DNA of 32,000 bases from a bacterium (GTDB taxonomy: Bacteria; Bacillota; Clostridia; Oscillospirales; Oscillospiraceae). Shown here in pieces: positions 7,289-15,230 of the stretch (positions are counted from its first letter, which is position 1; each line of letters starts with the position of its first letter). The DNA lies in assembly GCA_963613665.1 (NCBI GenBank), contig CAVEAL010000004.1:83134-115133 (forward strand), written 5' to 3'. The position numbers and the translations under genes were made by a program. The notes beneath the pieces are model-generated. The model worked only from the letters and a program-made list of their open reading frames with translations. It was not told the origin of the DNA and did no database searches.

Positions 7289-9238
7289 TCAGTTCGTCTG
7301 CATGCCGGCATAGAAGCCGCCTCTTATTGCCTTGCCGCTTTTACCAACCTCAACGCAGTCGCCGACGCAGATCAGCTTCTTGTTATATTTCTGCTTCAGC
7401 TTGTCGGTAAGGTCGGTATTGGGAGCCATTCCGAAGGCCGCAATGACAGCATCCGCCTCAATAAACTCGGTTTCGCCCTGCTCATTGATGACCTCGACGC
7501 CGTTGGCCTTGATCTCGGCAACACGGGTATTGCAGCGTGTGACGACGCCGGCCTCCTTGAGGTGTACCTTCAGAGAGTGCTGATTGATGAATACCATGTC
7601 CATGGCAACATCGGACTTCATCTCGATAACGGTGCAGTCCTTGCCATACTCCGTGGCCATTTCGAGCGCGAAGTCCGAGCCGGAAAGGCCGCCGCCGCAT
7701 ATGACGAGCTTCTTTCCTTCTATCGACGAAGGAGCTCTGTGCGCGTCCTTGATATCTATAACATTATCGCCGTGGACGCCGGGGATGGGAGGCAGCACGG
7801 AGTGTGCGCCGGTAGCAGCAATGATCTTGTCGGCTTCGGCGAGCACGGGGCTGTCGATGTTGAGTTCCTGCTTAACGACATTGACGTTGAGCTTCTTCAT
7901 CTGGACCTTATAGTATTCTATAAGCGCCTTGAGGCGTGTTTTGAACTGAGCCTGGGCGGGCAGATTCAAAGTGCCGCCGAGCTCGTCGCGCTCATAAAGA
8001 GTGACCTTATGACCCTTGAGCGCCGCGACGCGCGCAGCCTCCATGCCGCCGGGGCCTCCGCCGATGACGACAACGTTCTTGGGCTCTTCGGTCTTAACGA
8101 TACTGAAAGCGTGCTCCTCGTTTGCCTGGGGGTTGACCGAGCACGAGAGCTTGGAGTAGCGTCCCCAAATGCGGCCGATGCACTCTTCGTTGCAGCGGAT
8201 GCAGGGGCGAACATCCTCTTCGCGGTTTTCCATCAGCTTCTGCGGGAGGTAGGGATCTGCGATGAGGGGGCGGCCCATCATGGCGAAGTCGGCTCTGCCG
8301 GACTCTATAAGGCGCTTTGCGGTCTCGGGAGTATGGTTGCCTGCATTCAGTATCGGCTTATCGGTCGCTTCACGGGCTGTGTCGCAGACATATTCCATGC
8401 ATGCATCTCCGCGGTAGAACGTGGGATAAACAAAATCGGGATGCTCATAGCAGCCGCAGTCAACGTCGAATGCGTCAACTCCGTTTTCGCCGAGGATCTT
8501 GATAAGCCTCTTGCTGTCCTCGAGCGTTCTGCCTCCGGGGATGCGATGATCCATCGAGATGCGGTAGATAACGGGCATGTCGTTGCCCGCACCGCGCTTG
8601 ATCGCCTGCAGTATCTCGATCGCAAAACGTGCTCTGTTCTCGTCGCTTCCGCCATATTCGTCCTCACGCTTGTTCCACAGAGGAGTGAGGAACTGGTCGA
8701 TTATATATCCAACATGACCGTGGACTTCGATCGCGTCATAGCCCGCGTTTGCTGCGATCTCGGCCGCAAGCTGCCATGACTTCATGATGTCCTTGATCTC
8801 CTCGATGGTTAACGGGCGGCACAGGATCTTCGGATTAAACACAGCGGGAACTGCCGACGAGGAGAAGGGAACTCCGCCGCACTGGCTCGGATGGGCATTT
8901 CGACCCGTGCCGCTGGAAAGCTGCGCTATGGCCTTTGCACCGTAGCAATGGATGCGCTCAGTCATGCCGGTCAGGTGCGGGATTATACGCTTGCTGTCGA
9001 AATATGTTCCGTAAATGCCCTGCGCAAGCTTCGGCGTCAGGTATTGGGACGCGGTGATGATCGCGCCGACGCCGCCCTTGGCGCGCTCCTCAAAATATGT
9101 AGCCAGCGTGTCGGACACCGAGCCGTCCATTTGAGCCGCGTATGTGCCCATGGGGCACATGACAAGTCTGTTCTTTATCTCCATTTTTCCTATCGAAAAT
9201 GGAGTGAACAGCACATCAAAGTTAGAATTTTCTTTCAT
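7289..9238 (-). CDS. Second Fe-S flavoenzyme of the 2-enoate reductase / FadH / BaiCD-BaiH family (divergent paralog of 2546-4471)
   Basis: The ATG at 9238 follows GGAGGCTAAA. The ORF-track start at 9250 is a TTG that overlaps that RBS. Reads MKENSNFDVLFTPFSIGKMEIKNRLVMCPMGT. Has the 4Fe-4S motif CIRCNEECIGRIWGRYSKLSCSVNP and VVVIGGGPGG. 649 aa. Confidence 0.9.
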   Translation of the reverse strand: MKENSNFDVLFTPFSIGKMEIKNRLVMCPMGTYAAQMDGSVSDTLATYFEERAKGGVGAIITASQYLTPKLAQGIYGTYFDSKRIIPHLTGMTERIHCYGAKAIAQLSSGTGRNAHPSQCGGVPFSSSAVPAVFNPKILCRPLTIEEIKDIMKSWQLAAEIAANAGYDAIEVHGHVGYIIDQFLTPLWNKREDEYGGSDENRARFAIEILQAIKRGAGNDMPVIYRISMDHRIPGGRTLEDSKRLIKILGENGVDAFDVDCGCYEHPDFVYPTFYRGDACMEYVCDTAREATDKPILNAGNHTPETAKRLIESGRADFAMMGRPLIADPYLPQKLMENREEDVRPCIRCNEECIGRIWGRYSKLSCSVNPQANEEHAFSIVKTEEPKNVVVIGGGPGGMEAARVAALKGHKVTLYERDELGGTLNLPAQAQFKTRLKALIEYYKVQMKKLNVNVVKQELNIDSPVLAEADKIIAATGAHSVLPPIPGVHGDNVIDIKDAHRAPSSIEGKKLVICGGGLSGSDFALEMATEYGKDCTVIEMKSDVAMDMVFINQHSLKVHLKEAGVVTRCNTRVAEIKANGVEVINEQGETEFIEADAVIAAFGMAPNTDLTDKLKQKYNKKLICVGDCVEVGKSGKAIRGGFYAGMQTN

Positions 9239-9258
9239 TTTAGCCTCCAAATAATATT

Positions 9259-9287
9259 TTGACTTTCTTATAAAATTTATATATACT
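9259..9287 (+). promoter_or_regulatory. Candidate sigma-A promoter for the second TetR gene
   Basis: TTGACT (9259-9264), 17-nt spacer, TATACT (9282-9287). Lies 46 nt upstream of the ATG at 9333. Confidence 0.4.
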
Positions 9288-9332
9288 CAAGGCATATATC
9301 TAAGTGAGCTTATCCGACAGGAGGAATAAAGC

Positions 9333-9935
9333 ATGGCCGGAAGAAGAAATAAAAACGAGCATCCGGGGGATACCAAGGAAAAGATCCGCAGCACCGCCAT
9401 GGAGCTTTTCAAGGAGTATGGTTATGATGAAACATCCATCCCCATGATATGCGAGAAGGCCGGAGTATCGAAAACCACCCTGCACTACTACTTCCCCAAA
9501 AAACAGGATCTGTTTTTTGATATGAAAAACAATTTCGAGGAACTGTACAGCAGCAGCTTTTACAGAATCGTAGAACAGGAGACCTTTACCAAGCAGATAT
9601 GGGAGGTCTTCAATATCATGTGCGAGGGCGATATGTTCTACGGCGTGGGCATCAACCGGCTTTATTTCATTCAGCGCCTGAAGGAACATGATCAGCGCGG
9701 CTTTATCGAGAATATATATCACAAGAAAATGCTGTCCGCGGTCATACGCTCAGCGCAGAAAGCCGAGCAGATACTCAACATGGCAGAGCCCGATAAGCTC
9801 AGCGAGGCGCTCTCATACGCTATGCGCGGCGTCATACTGACATGGTCCATCGAAGACGGTACCATCGACCTTGTCGAATACGCGAAAAATGTAGTGCGTA
9901 CTATAATCATGCCTGCGCCCGGATATGATATCTGA
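9333..9935 (+). CDS. TetR/AcrR family transcriptional regulator
   Basis: 200 aa. AGGAGGAATAAAGC precedes the ATG. HTH region KEKIRSTAMELFKEYGYDETSIPMICEKAGVSKTTLHYYFPKKQDL. Divergent from the reductase gene at 7289-9238. Confidence 0.9.
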   Translation: MAGRRNKNEHPGDTKEKIRSTAMELFKEYGYDETSIPMICEKAGVSKTTLHYYFPKKQDLFFDMKNNFEELYSSSFYRIVEQETFTKQIWEVFNIMCEGDMFYGVGINRLYFIQRLKEHDQRGFIENIYHKKMLSAVIRSAQKAEQILNMAEPDKLSEALSYAMRGVILTWSIEDGTIDLVEYAKNVVRTIIMPAPGYDI

Positions 9936-10162
9936 AACCCATAGAACCGCAGTACTAATTTTATTGAATGTAGGCTCTATAATTATAGAACTATAATACA
10001 TTAAGATATTATTTTGTCAATATGCATTTTTTGTTTTAGGTACATTGCACAATAGTTCCTACCCCGCAATTGTGCACAAACACCATGTTGCTTGGAGTCT
10101 TTTTGCTTTTTTTGAATGCGTGCAGACATTTTTGCGATAAATATCAAGTTTGTTGCTGTTAG

Positions 10163-11036
10163 CACGCAAAACAAAATTTGCCCCGAGTAAATATTCACTT
10201 TTTCCCCTGCGTTGATAGAACGCGAGATGATTGGGAAGGTCTCGTTGCTGCGCAGGATTGTCTCCCGAACGATGAAATGAAAGATAAATTCGGCGCACAA
10301 TACCGCGTCCTGAACCGCGTCTGGAATGCACTCTCCCGGATAGCGGCCTGAACCCTTTTAAAGCAAACTACAGGTGGCTTTCTAAAGTTTATGACTCTAT
10401 CCGCCCGACTGATGAGCGAGGAAAATTGATCTGGCAGCATTTGGCCCCAAAACGATTCAGCTTGTGCATGACAATATCTCGGTCGAGTCTGTTGAAACGG
10501 ATGAAGAAATCCTCGCGATGGATGCGGATATCATCCAAAAATTCATTGAGGGCGACGCTAATGCGGAGAAGAAACGTCGTAAGATAGAAATCGACCTCGC
10601 TGCTATCATACTAAAACACCCAGATGATCCGCGTTTTATTGCGCTGGGAGCCAGAATGGAAAAGCTGCGTGAGGAGCATGAGGCGGGGCCTCTTTCCAGC
10701 ATGGAATTTTTGAAGGCACTACTCGAACTGGAGATAGATGTTGCACATGTTGAAAAGAAAGTCGTTCCAGAAGAGAAGGTAGATAAAGGAAAGGCTGCGC
10801 TGAGGTCTTTGTTCCAAAACGTTAAGAATGATAGCACGCCAATCATTGTCGAGAGAATTGTAGTAAATGATATCGATGGTATTGTGAAAATTGTCCGTTT
10901 CCCCGGTTGGCAGAACACCTCAACAGGGAGAAAAGAAGTTAGTAAAAATCTACGTGACGTTATCATGCGCAAATACAGGATAAGGGATCAGGAGGTATTT
11001 GCAAAAGCATATAGCTAGGTTGAGCAATACTATTGA
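10163..11036 (+). pseudogene. hsdR: Decayed 3' remnant of a type I restriction enzyme R subunit gene (hsdR C-terminal, DUF3387-like region)
   Basis: The reading is spread over three frames: ..FFPCVDRTRDDWEGLVAAQDCLPNDEMKDKFGAQYRVLNRVWNALS / PDSGLNPFKANYRWLSKVYDSIRPTDERGKLIWQHLAP / KTIQLVHDNISVESVETDEEIL...RFPGWQNTSTGRKEVSKNLRDVIMRKYRIRDQEVFAKAYS*VEQYY*. There are -1 shifts at the C-run 10335-10337 and the A-run 10449-10452, an in-frame TAG at 10160-10162 and a premature TAG at 11016-11018. No helicase domains and no hsdM or hsdS are present. Confidence 0.7.
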
Positions 11037-11055
11037 TATTCTTTTATCGCAGAAC

Positions 11056-11088
11056 AACACCTCGCAGTCACAACGGTTGCGAGGTGTT
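11056..11088 (+). terminator. Hairpin after the hsdR remnant
   Basis: AACACCTCGCA-11 nt loop-TGCGAGGTGTT followed by TC. The U-tract is weak. Confidence 0.4.
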
Positions 11089-11180
11089 TCTGCAAGTGTG
11101 GATTTTATGAATTATAGGTTACGGGGACATGCTGCGCTTTTGCAACCATGAGAAATAATTCTGCCACGCTCATTATACCC

Positions 11181-11209
11181 TTGATTTTGCGGGTATAATA
11201 GGGTATAAT
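11181..11209 (+). promoter_or_regulatory. Candidate sigma-A promoter of the AAA+ ATPase gene, overlapped by an inverted repeat
   Basis: TTGATT (11181-11186), 17-nt spacer, TATAAT (11204-11209). The 9-bp inverted repeat ATTATACCC (11172-11180) / GGGTATAAT (11191-11199) brackets the -35 element. GGGTATAAT is directly repeated at 11201-11209. Confidence 0.45.
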
Positions 11210-11243
11210 TCTGCATAGAATAGTATCTCACAGGAGGTGCGCT

Positions 11244-13028
11244 ATGGAGTTATCTGAAATGCAGGCACGGGTGACAGAGTTGGAGCAGCAGATTTCTGCT
11301 TTACCAGCCGGTTCTATTACGAAGAAAACCGTCAATGGTAAGGAGTACTTTTACCATCGTTGGACGGAGAACAAGAAACGGCGGGAGAAGTATATTCCTG
11401 CGGATGAACTGGAAAATATCCGCGCTCAAATCGAGCGGCGGAAGGAACTGGAGCAGGAACTGAAGGCACTGAAGAAGCAGCTGCCCAAAACAAAAACCGT
11501 GGACATTTCCGCATTTACCACCAACATCCGCACCGGCGAGGCGCTGCGTTCCTTTGCGGCGTCTGTTCGCGGCTATCGCAGGCGCGAGTGCTTCCGGCAA
11601 CTGCACGATTTTGTCTACAGTGATCCGCAGGATAAGGTATTCATCCTCTACGGTCTGCGCAGGACGGGAAAAACCACCATGATCCGCCAAATTTTTGCGG
11701 AGATGAGCGACGCTGAGTTGTCGAAAGCGGTATTCATTCAAATCACCGCAAGAGATACGCTGGCAGATGTAAACCGCGACCTCAAGGCACTGGAAGCGCA
11801 GGGCTTCCGCTATGTGTTCCTCGATGAAGTGACACTGATGGAGGATTTCATCGAGGGCGCAGCGCTGTTTTCTGACGTGTTTGCGGCCTGCGGCATGAAG
11901 ATCGTGCTCTCCGGCACGGACTCGCTGGGCTTCCTCTTCACAGAGGACGAGCAGCTCTATGACCGCTGTATCCTGCTGCACACCACCTTCATCCCCTACC
12001 GGGAGTTTGAATCTGTCCTCGGCATTCACGGCATCGACGAGTATATCCGCTACGGCGGCACCATGAGCCTTGGCGGCGTCCACTACAACGAGACTTCCAC
12101 GTTTGCCAGCAAGGAAAGCGCCGACGAATACGTGGACACGGCTATCGCCCGCAACATCCAGCACTCTCTGCGCTGCTATAAGTATGAGGGGCATTTCCGC
12201 CATCTGCGGGATTTGTACGACAAGAGTGAGTTGACCAGCGCCATCAACCGCGTGGTGGAGGACATCAACCACCGCTTCACGCTGGAGGTGCTGACGCAGG
12301 ATTGGAAATCTCATGACCTTGGCATTTCTGCCAGCAATCTGCGTCGGGATCGGGAGAATCCTACGGACATCCTCGACCGTATTGACCTTGCGGCTGTCAC
12401 CGATAGTCTGCGAAAGCTGCTGGAGATCCGCAACAAGGCAGAGCAGAGCGTAGAACTGGACGATGTTCATGCAGCGGAGATCAAAGAATATCTGGATTTG
12501 CTTGACCTGACGCGGGAGATCGATGTGCTGCACCTGCCGGATGTCAGCACGAAGTCCAGCCGCACGGTGATTGCGCAGCCAGGTCTTCGGTATGCGCAGG
12601 CGGATGCACTGATCCGCAGTCTGCTGCTGGATGAAACGTTCAGTGCGCTGTCTCTGACGGAGCGCACCGCCGTGCAGGAGCGTATCCTGACCGAGATCAA
12701 AGGGCGTATGTTGGAGGACATCGTCCTGTTGGAAACCAAGCTGGCGAACCCTAAGAAGCAGGTCTTTGTCCTGCAATTTCCCGTGGGCGAATTTGATATG
12801 GTGGTGTTTGACACGGAAGCGGGCTCCTGCCGGATTTTCGAGATCAAGCACAGTGAAGAAGCCGTTCCGCAGCAGTATCGCCATCTGATCGATGAACAAA
12901 AATGCGCCCAGACCGAGCACCGCTACGGTTCGATCACCGGCAAGTTTGTCCTCTACCGTGGGGAAAGCCAAGTCATAGACGGCATTCAGTACCAGAACGT
13001 GGAAGAATATCTGCGAAACCTTGTATGA
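11244..13028 (+). CDS. AAA+ ATPase (COG1373 / AAA_14 + DUF4143-type) with N-terminal coiled coil and a PD-(D/E)xK-like C-terminal domain
   Basis: 594 aa. AGGAGGTGCGCT precedes the ATG. Walker A YGLRRTGKTT and Walker B RYVFLDEV. C-terminal motif EFDMVVFD...CRIFEIKHS (D..ExK). N-terminal KKTVNGKEYFYHRWTENKKRREKYI followed by a coiled coil. Confidence 0.85.
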   Translation: MELSEMQARVTELEQQISALPAGSITKKTVNGKEYFYHRWTENKKRREKYIPADELENIRAQIERRKELEQELKALKKQLPKTKTVDISAFTTNIRTGEALRSFAASVRGYRRRECFRQLHDFVYSDPQDKVFILYGLRRTGKTTMIRQIFAEMSDAELSKAVFIQITARDTLADVNRDLKALEAQGFRYVFLDEVTLMEDFIEGAALFSDVFAACGMKIVLSGTDSLGFLFTEDEQLYDRCILLHTTFIPYREFESVLGIHGIDEYIRYGGTMSLGGVHYNETSTFASKESADEYVDTAIARNIQHSLRCYKYEGHFRHLRDLYDKSELTSAINRVVEDINHRFTLEVLTQDWKSHDLGISASNLRRDRENPTDILDRIDLAAVTDSLRKLLEIRNKAEQSVELDDVHAAEIKEYLDLLDLTREIDVLHLPDVSTKSSRTVIAQPGLRYAQADALIRSLLLDETFSALSLTERTAVQERILTEIKGRMLEDIVLLETKLANPKKQVFVLQFPVGEFDMVVFDTEAGSCRIFEIKHSEEAVPQQYRHLIDEQKCAQTEHRYGSITGKFVLYRGESQVIDGIQYQNVEEYLRNLV

Positions 13029-13035
13029 CAAAACC

Positions 13036-13070
13036 GCCGCCCCGACTGAAAAATCGGAGCGGCTGTTTTT
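13036..13070 (+). terminator. Rho-independent terminator of the ATPase gene
   Basis: GCCGCCCCGA-ctgaaaaa-TCGGAGCGGC (one mismatch) followed by TGTTTTT. Starts 8 nt after the stop. Confidence 0.65.
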
Positions 13071-13520
13071 ACGATACATCTTGTCATATGACAAACCGTG
13101 GCGTAAAATAAGCTTGACGTATGACAAGTAGCAATGCGCAAAAATCGTGAGGCGAGAATGCACGAATGCGGTTGATGGCGGAAATGCATAATGTCCCAGA
13201 TAGCACCCATCGCTCATTTCATCAATCATATTTTCAGCTTGCATGAGCGATGCCCGCAAAACTGCATCATTTAGGGTGCAAAAGCCTCTGTTTTTTCCTC
13301 TCAGACCGCTGCAAGCAGGCGGGCGTGGATGTTTTCCTATGGACTTCATCCGAGAGGCAAAACGGAGGCTTTTTTCATGGAAAACGACACTTTTCAGAAA
13401 CGTTGAGGTGCTTATTTTTTCTCAGAAATTTTTACAGATTCTTTCCTCGGCACCTTTTCAAATGGATTCCAATCCGTTATAATATATCTACCAACCTAAC
13501 GAATAACGCGAGGTGCCGTC

Positions 13521-15230
13521 ATGAAAACGAAAGATACGCCGAAGCAATATGTCATCTATTCCCGCAAGTCCAAATTTACCGGGAAGGGCGAAAGTATAGA
13601 GAACCAGATCGAGCTGTGCCGCAAGTACATTGCCATGCACTTTGGCGAGGATGCGGCGGAAAACGCGCTGGTGTATGAGGACGAGGGCTTTTCCGGCGGC
13701 AATCTGGAGCGCCCGCAGTTCAAGAAAATGATGAAGGACTCACAGAAGATCGAATTTGCGGCCATTGTGGTCTACCGTCTCGACCGCATCAGCCGCAACA
13801 TCGGTGACTTTGCAAAGCTCATTGAGGACCTGGACGACCGGCACATTGACTTCATTTCCATCCGGGAGCAGTTCGACACGTCATCCCCTATGGGTCGAGC
13901 GATGATGTATATCGCGTCGGTGTTCTCTCAGCTGGAGCGGGAGACCATTGCGGAGCGTATCCGGGACAATATGCACGAGCTGTCCAAGACCGGGCGCTGG
14001 CTGGGCGGTACGACGCCCACCGGCTACGCCTCGGAAAGCCTGTCCAGCGTGACGGTGGACGGTAAGGTGAAGAAAGCCTGTAAGCTCAAGCCCATCCCGG
14101 AGGAAATTCAGCTGGTCAAAACGATTTTCTCTGTGTTCATGGAGACCGGCTCTCTCAGCAAGACCGACCAGTACCTGCTGGAGCACCGCTGCGTCACGAA
14201 GCGCGGCAAACAGTTCACACGCTTTGCCATCCGGGGCATTCTGACCAATCCGGTCTATATGATTGCCGATGAGACGGCGTATCAGTATCTGAAAGAAAAT
14301 AATGTTGACCTGTTTGCCGAGCGCTCGGAGTTCGACAGCGAGCACGGCATCATGGCGTATAACCGCACCCTTCAGCGCCCCGGCAAGGCGAACCAGATCC
14401 GCCCGATGGAGGAATGGATCGTGGCGGTGGGCAGGCATCCCGGCATCATTGCAGGCAGCGACTGGGTACAGGTGCAGTCCATGCTGGACGTGAACAAATC
14501 CAAAAGCTACCGCAGACCGCGCAGTAATGTGGCGCTGCTGTCCGGCCTTCTGCGGTGCGGCGAATGCGGCGATTATATGCGCCCGAAGCTGACCAACCGC
14601 CGCACGGCGGACGGCGAACTGATCTACACCTACATGTGCTCCACCAAGGAGCGCAGCCACGGCACCGTCTGCGGCATGAAAAACTGCAATGGCAACACGC
14701 TGGACGCCAAAATCATCGAGGAGATCCGCAAGCTGTCCGCCGACAAGGAGACCCTTGCCAAGCTGCTGGCGCAGACCAAGAAGGTCATCAGCGGCAACAA
14801 GGAGGGTTACGACGCGGAGCTGGCGCTGCTGAAAGAGAAGCACGCGGAAACGGAGGACCGCATCAAGCGGCTGGTGGAATCCCTGTCCGTTGCCAGCGAG
14901 ACCTCTGCCAAATACGTCATGGAGCAGATCGACGAATTGCATCAGGAGAGCGAGACCCAGCAGGCAAGGCTTTCTGAGCTGGAGGCGCTGACCGAACAGA
15001 GCCGGATGCTGCATCAGGAGTTTGCCTTCCATCAGGAAATGATCGAGTCGTTTGCCAATGCGGTGGATTCGGCAACGCTGGAGGAAAAGCGACGCTTGCT
15101 GCGGACCATCGTCAAGAAAGTGGTCTGGGACGGCAAAAATGCCTATGTGTACCTGTTTGCAGAGGACGGAGAGGCGGATTTGCCCCCTGTTGAGCAACCT
15201 ATGTTTCCACCAGGAGAGGATAGCGAATGA
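13521..15230 (+). CDS. Large serine recombinase (SpoIVCA-like by context)
   Basis: 569 aa. Resolvase-type catalytic domain (YVIYSRKSKF, ENQIELC, VVYRLDRISRN, SVFSQLERETIAERI), a recombinase domain, a Cys-rich zinc ribbon (CGECGDYMRPK...YMCSTKERSHGTVCGMKNC) and a coiled-coil tail. GAGGTG RBS. Directly abuts the sigK fragment. Confidence 0.95.
   Translation: MKTKDTPKQYVIYSRKSKFTGKGESIENQIELCRKYIAMHFGEDAAENALVYEDEGFSGGNLERPQFKKMMKDSQKIEFAAIVVYRLDRISRNIGDFAKLIEDLDDRHIDFISIREQFDTSSPMGRAMMYIASVFSQLERETIAERIRDNMHELSKTGRWLGGTTPTGYASESLSSVTVDGKVKKACKLKPIPEEIQLVKTIFSVFMETGSLSKTDQYLLEHRCVTKRGKQFTRFAIRGILTNPVYMIADETAYQYLKENNVDLFAERSEFDSEHGIMAYNRTLQRPGKANQIRPMEEWIVAVGRHPGIIAGSDWVQVQSMLDVNKSKSYRRPRSNVALLSGLLRCGECGDYMRPKLTNRRTADGELIYTYMCSTKERSHGTVCGMKNCNGNTLDAKIIEEIRKLSADKETLAKLLAQTKKVISGNKEGYDAELALLKEKHAETEDRIKRLVESLSVASETSAKYVMEQIDELHQESETQQARLSELEALTEQSRMLHQEFAFHQEMIESFANAVDSATLEEKRRLLRTIVKKVVWDGKNAYVYLFAEDGEADLPPVEQPMFPPGEDSE

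Noticed and set aside
10001-10440. Three overlapping - strand ORFs (99, 90 and 81 aa)
   Set aside because: They are antisense to the hsdR remnant, whose + strand frames give clear HsdR C-terminal similarity. They have no RBS and no recognisable motifs.
11301-13349. 682-aa ORF antisense to the AAA+ ATPase gene
   Set aside because: It shares the ATPase gene's codon register. The sense-strand product has Walker A/B motifs and a proper RBS and promoter, while the antisense product has no recognisable motif.
13243-13678. 79-aa and 142-aa + strand ORFs in the ATPase-recombinase intergenic region. I also considered the idea that this region holds the 5' half of sigK.
   Set aside because: There are no RBSs and the sequences are odd. 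The 142-aa ORF runs out of frame into the recombinase gene. No frame here encodes sigma region 2 motifs, so the left junction is not here.
15052-15219. Upstream part of the 181-aa ORF that contains the sigK fragment (MPMRWIRQRWRKSDACCG...)
   Set aside because: It lies entirely inside the recombinase gene in another frame and has no sigma-factor similarity. Only the part from 15220 onward is sigK-like.
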